From the NCBI GenBank assembly GCA_964199315.1, contig OZ116703.1, positions 2,232,001 to 2,296,000 on the forward strand: a stretch of DNA of 64,000 bases, read 5' to 3'. Made by a program: the position numbers and the translations under genes. Source of the stretch: Orbicella franksi. Taxonomy: Eukaryota. The notes under the pieces are model-generated. The model ran no database searches. It was not told the origin of the DNA and saw only the letters and a list, made by a program, of their open reading frames with translations. Shown one piece after another: positions 62,324 to 64,000 of this stretch (position 1 is the first letter of the stretch; the number at the start of each line of letters is the position of its first letter).

Positions 62324-63153
62324 CGTCGCGTAGAATTCCCGGTCACATCCGGGACCTAAAACCCTTAATCGAACGCTAACCGAATGGCAGCTTGTAAAAT
62401 ATGACAGAAAATAAAGGATATGGAACGCATTTGATGTATGTGGGTAACGTTTGACATGAAAGGCAATGGAGAACACTTTCTGTCTAACGAAGGGTAGCAC
62501 CGAAAAATAAACGTTGGAAACTTAAATGAAAGGGTCAGTACCTCAGATTGTCCACAAGTTTGTGGCTTGCTGTGTTTTCTTCGTTGAAAAAAACGGCCAT
62601 ATTCTCTCTGGTTCGTATGGAATACACAGTTCGAAGCTTTCCATGTTGGCATCCTCGTAACAAACAGTAGATCTCGCTTTGGGGAGCACTCGAATTTGTT
62701 AAGCTTTTTATCTATCTTCAAAGTCATCATAATACTTCAGAGCAGGTAGTGATGTAGAATGTGGTTTCTTATCACTCTTGGAGTTGTATCTGTACCGCGT
62801 GAGGCTTTCCTCGCGAAGAAACCATCGTCGAAACTGTGGCTTAACAGCCACATTTCCTCGATTGAAACCGCCATATTTGTTTTCCTTTTTCCCTCGTTCC
62901 CAGTAATACACGTTTTACTTCCGACAAGCCGATGTATCGACGAAAAAACCGAAGCTTTGTTTGATTAATGTGACCCGAGACCCGAGAAAGGTCACAAGAA
63001 TGCCGATGAAAACTCGCGCGAAGCGCGCGGAAAACTTGAATGAATCAGGAATGAGCGCGCAGATTCTACAAGTTACTACTAGTACAAGTTTTAAACTTGT
63101 AGTAGCTACGCGCTCATTCGTGATTCATTCGAGTTTCCCGCAATACTACAATA

Positions 63154-63750
63154 ATGTCGAATTTTCAGTTTGCTGAAACTCTACCAGAATGGGCTCTTCT
63201 CAGTGGAAAAGACATCACTGTGATCCCACCGAGCCTAAAAACCCTGGAAAGCAAATTTGTCGTCCAAATAACTGGGGAAGGGCTTTGGCAGTGGAAAAAA
63301 ATTTCGTCTAAACTGTGCGCCTTTGAAGCTCTTAATAGCACTTTGCGAGCCTTGGGTTATTCTATATCACCAGCAGCGAAAACCAGAATCGCACAGTGCC
63401 TTTATCAAGCTATACAGTCGTTTGCAAAAAAAGTAAGTTCCCGCCTTCTTGGAAAAGCAGCCAGAGATCGGCTTAAAAGCAACAAAGTCTATGAACTTTG
63501 CGTGAAAGAAACTGAAATGGCTTCTATGCCAAAGGATGTGATTGACAATCTGACACAAAAAAGGGCAGAAATGGAGAAGGAAATAGATGAATTGAAGAAA
63601 CAATTAGAGGAACAGAGCAACAAAGTTTATTCAGTCTTAGTTGAGCAAGTCGAACTGAAGAGAAAGTTGTCAGTAATAGATGGCTTGAGGAACAAAGGAA
63701 AAACAAATCCAAGAGGTGGAGGAAAGACAGGCCAGAAGAAAGCTAAATGA
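63154..63750 (+). CDS. Hypothetical 198-aa ORF with C-terminal coiled coil; probably a frameshifted fragment of a larger, possibly transposon-derived gene
   Basis: ATG-started open frame with an E/K-rich heptad region. The tail looks out of frame after a 1-nt insertion near 63706. Confidence 0.45.
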   Translation: MSNFQFAETLPEWALLSGKDITVIPPSLKTLESKFVVQITGEGLWQWKKISSKLCAFEALNSTLRALGYSISPAAKTRIAQCLYQAIQSFAKKVSSRLLGKAARDRLKSNKVYELCVKETEMASMPKDVIDNLTQKRAEMEKEIDELKKQLEEQSNKVYSVLVEQVELKRKLSVIDGLRNKGKTNPRGGGKTGQKKAK

Positions 63751-64000
63751 AATAAGGTACCAATCAACTCCGGGATACAGGGTGGCGTGTTTCATTTAAT
63801 GATGTACTTGCCAGTGGCAATCTGCAGGGGAGGATACAGGACTTTTCTTAGGTGGGGGTGCACCACTAGTTATATTAGAAAGCTGCAGGTCATCTCAGGG
63901 GGAGGGGGTGTACATGCCCTGCACCCCTCCCCAAGATCTGTCCCTGACCTGCTATTAAATCACCACAGTCCCCGTTACCTCCCCTCTCCCCCCTTGCCTC

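Noticed and set aside
63216-63222. CACTGTG heptamer as an RSS
   Set aside because: It lies inside the ORF, with no nonamer at 12 or 23 nt spacing.
63812-63946. Possible hAT-like MITE (cagtggcaatct...agatctgtccctg)
   Set aside because: The inverted match is weak and there is no 8-bp target duplication.

Overview
AT-rich animal genomic DNA; the repeat and transposon families suggest a cnidarian, probably a stony coral, but this is inference. The window is dominated by a + strand tandem array of one gene family: 8 apparently intact copies, 1 decapitated pseudogene and 1 short relic. Each intact gene has two coding exons: a 15-nt exon (MEIIK/MEIFK/MEIFM), a phase-0 GT-AG intron of 423-485 nt, then the rest. 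The ORF-track starts (MLFFGSQ...) are intron read-through. The product is a 173-182 aa precursor: signal peptide, acidic propeptide, furin-type R-X-K-R site, and a ~71-77 aa mature domain with six Cys (C-x17/20-C-x7/8-C-x11/12-C-x18/25-C-x-C). That spacing resembles neurotrophin/Spaetzle-type cystine knots. Six copies lie in a ~14.2-14.8 kb A+B unit repeated about 2.7 times, with near-identical mature domains and signs of gene conversion. The last copies keep the prepro region but have strongly diverged mature domains. Also present: an intact Bel/Pao LTR retrotransposon (identical 442-bp LTRs, GTTAG target duplication), Penelope-like GIY-YIG fragments, two ~200-bp minisatellite arrays, several MITEs (including a TTAA-flanked inverted dimer), a TIR element carrying a HIRAN-like fragment, a decayed LINE, and an orphan ORF at the right end. 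No rRNA, tRNA or CRISPR was seen.
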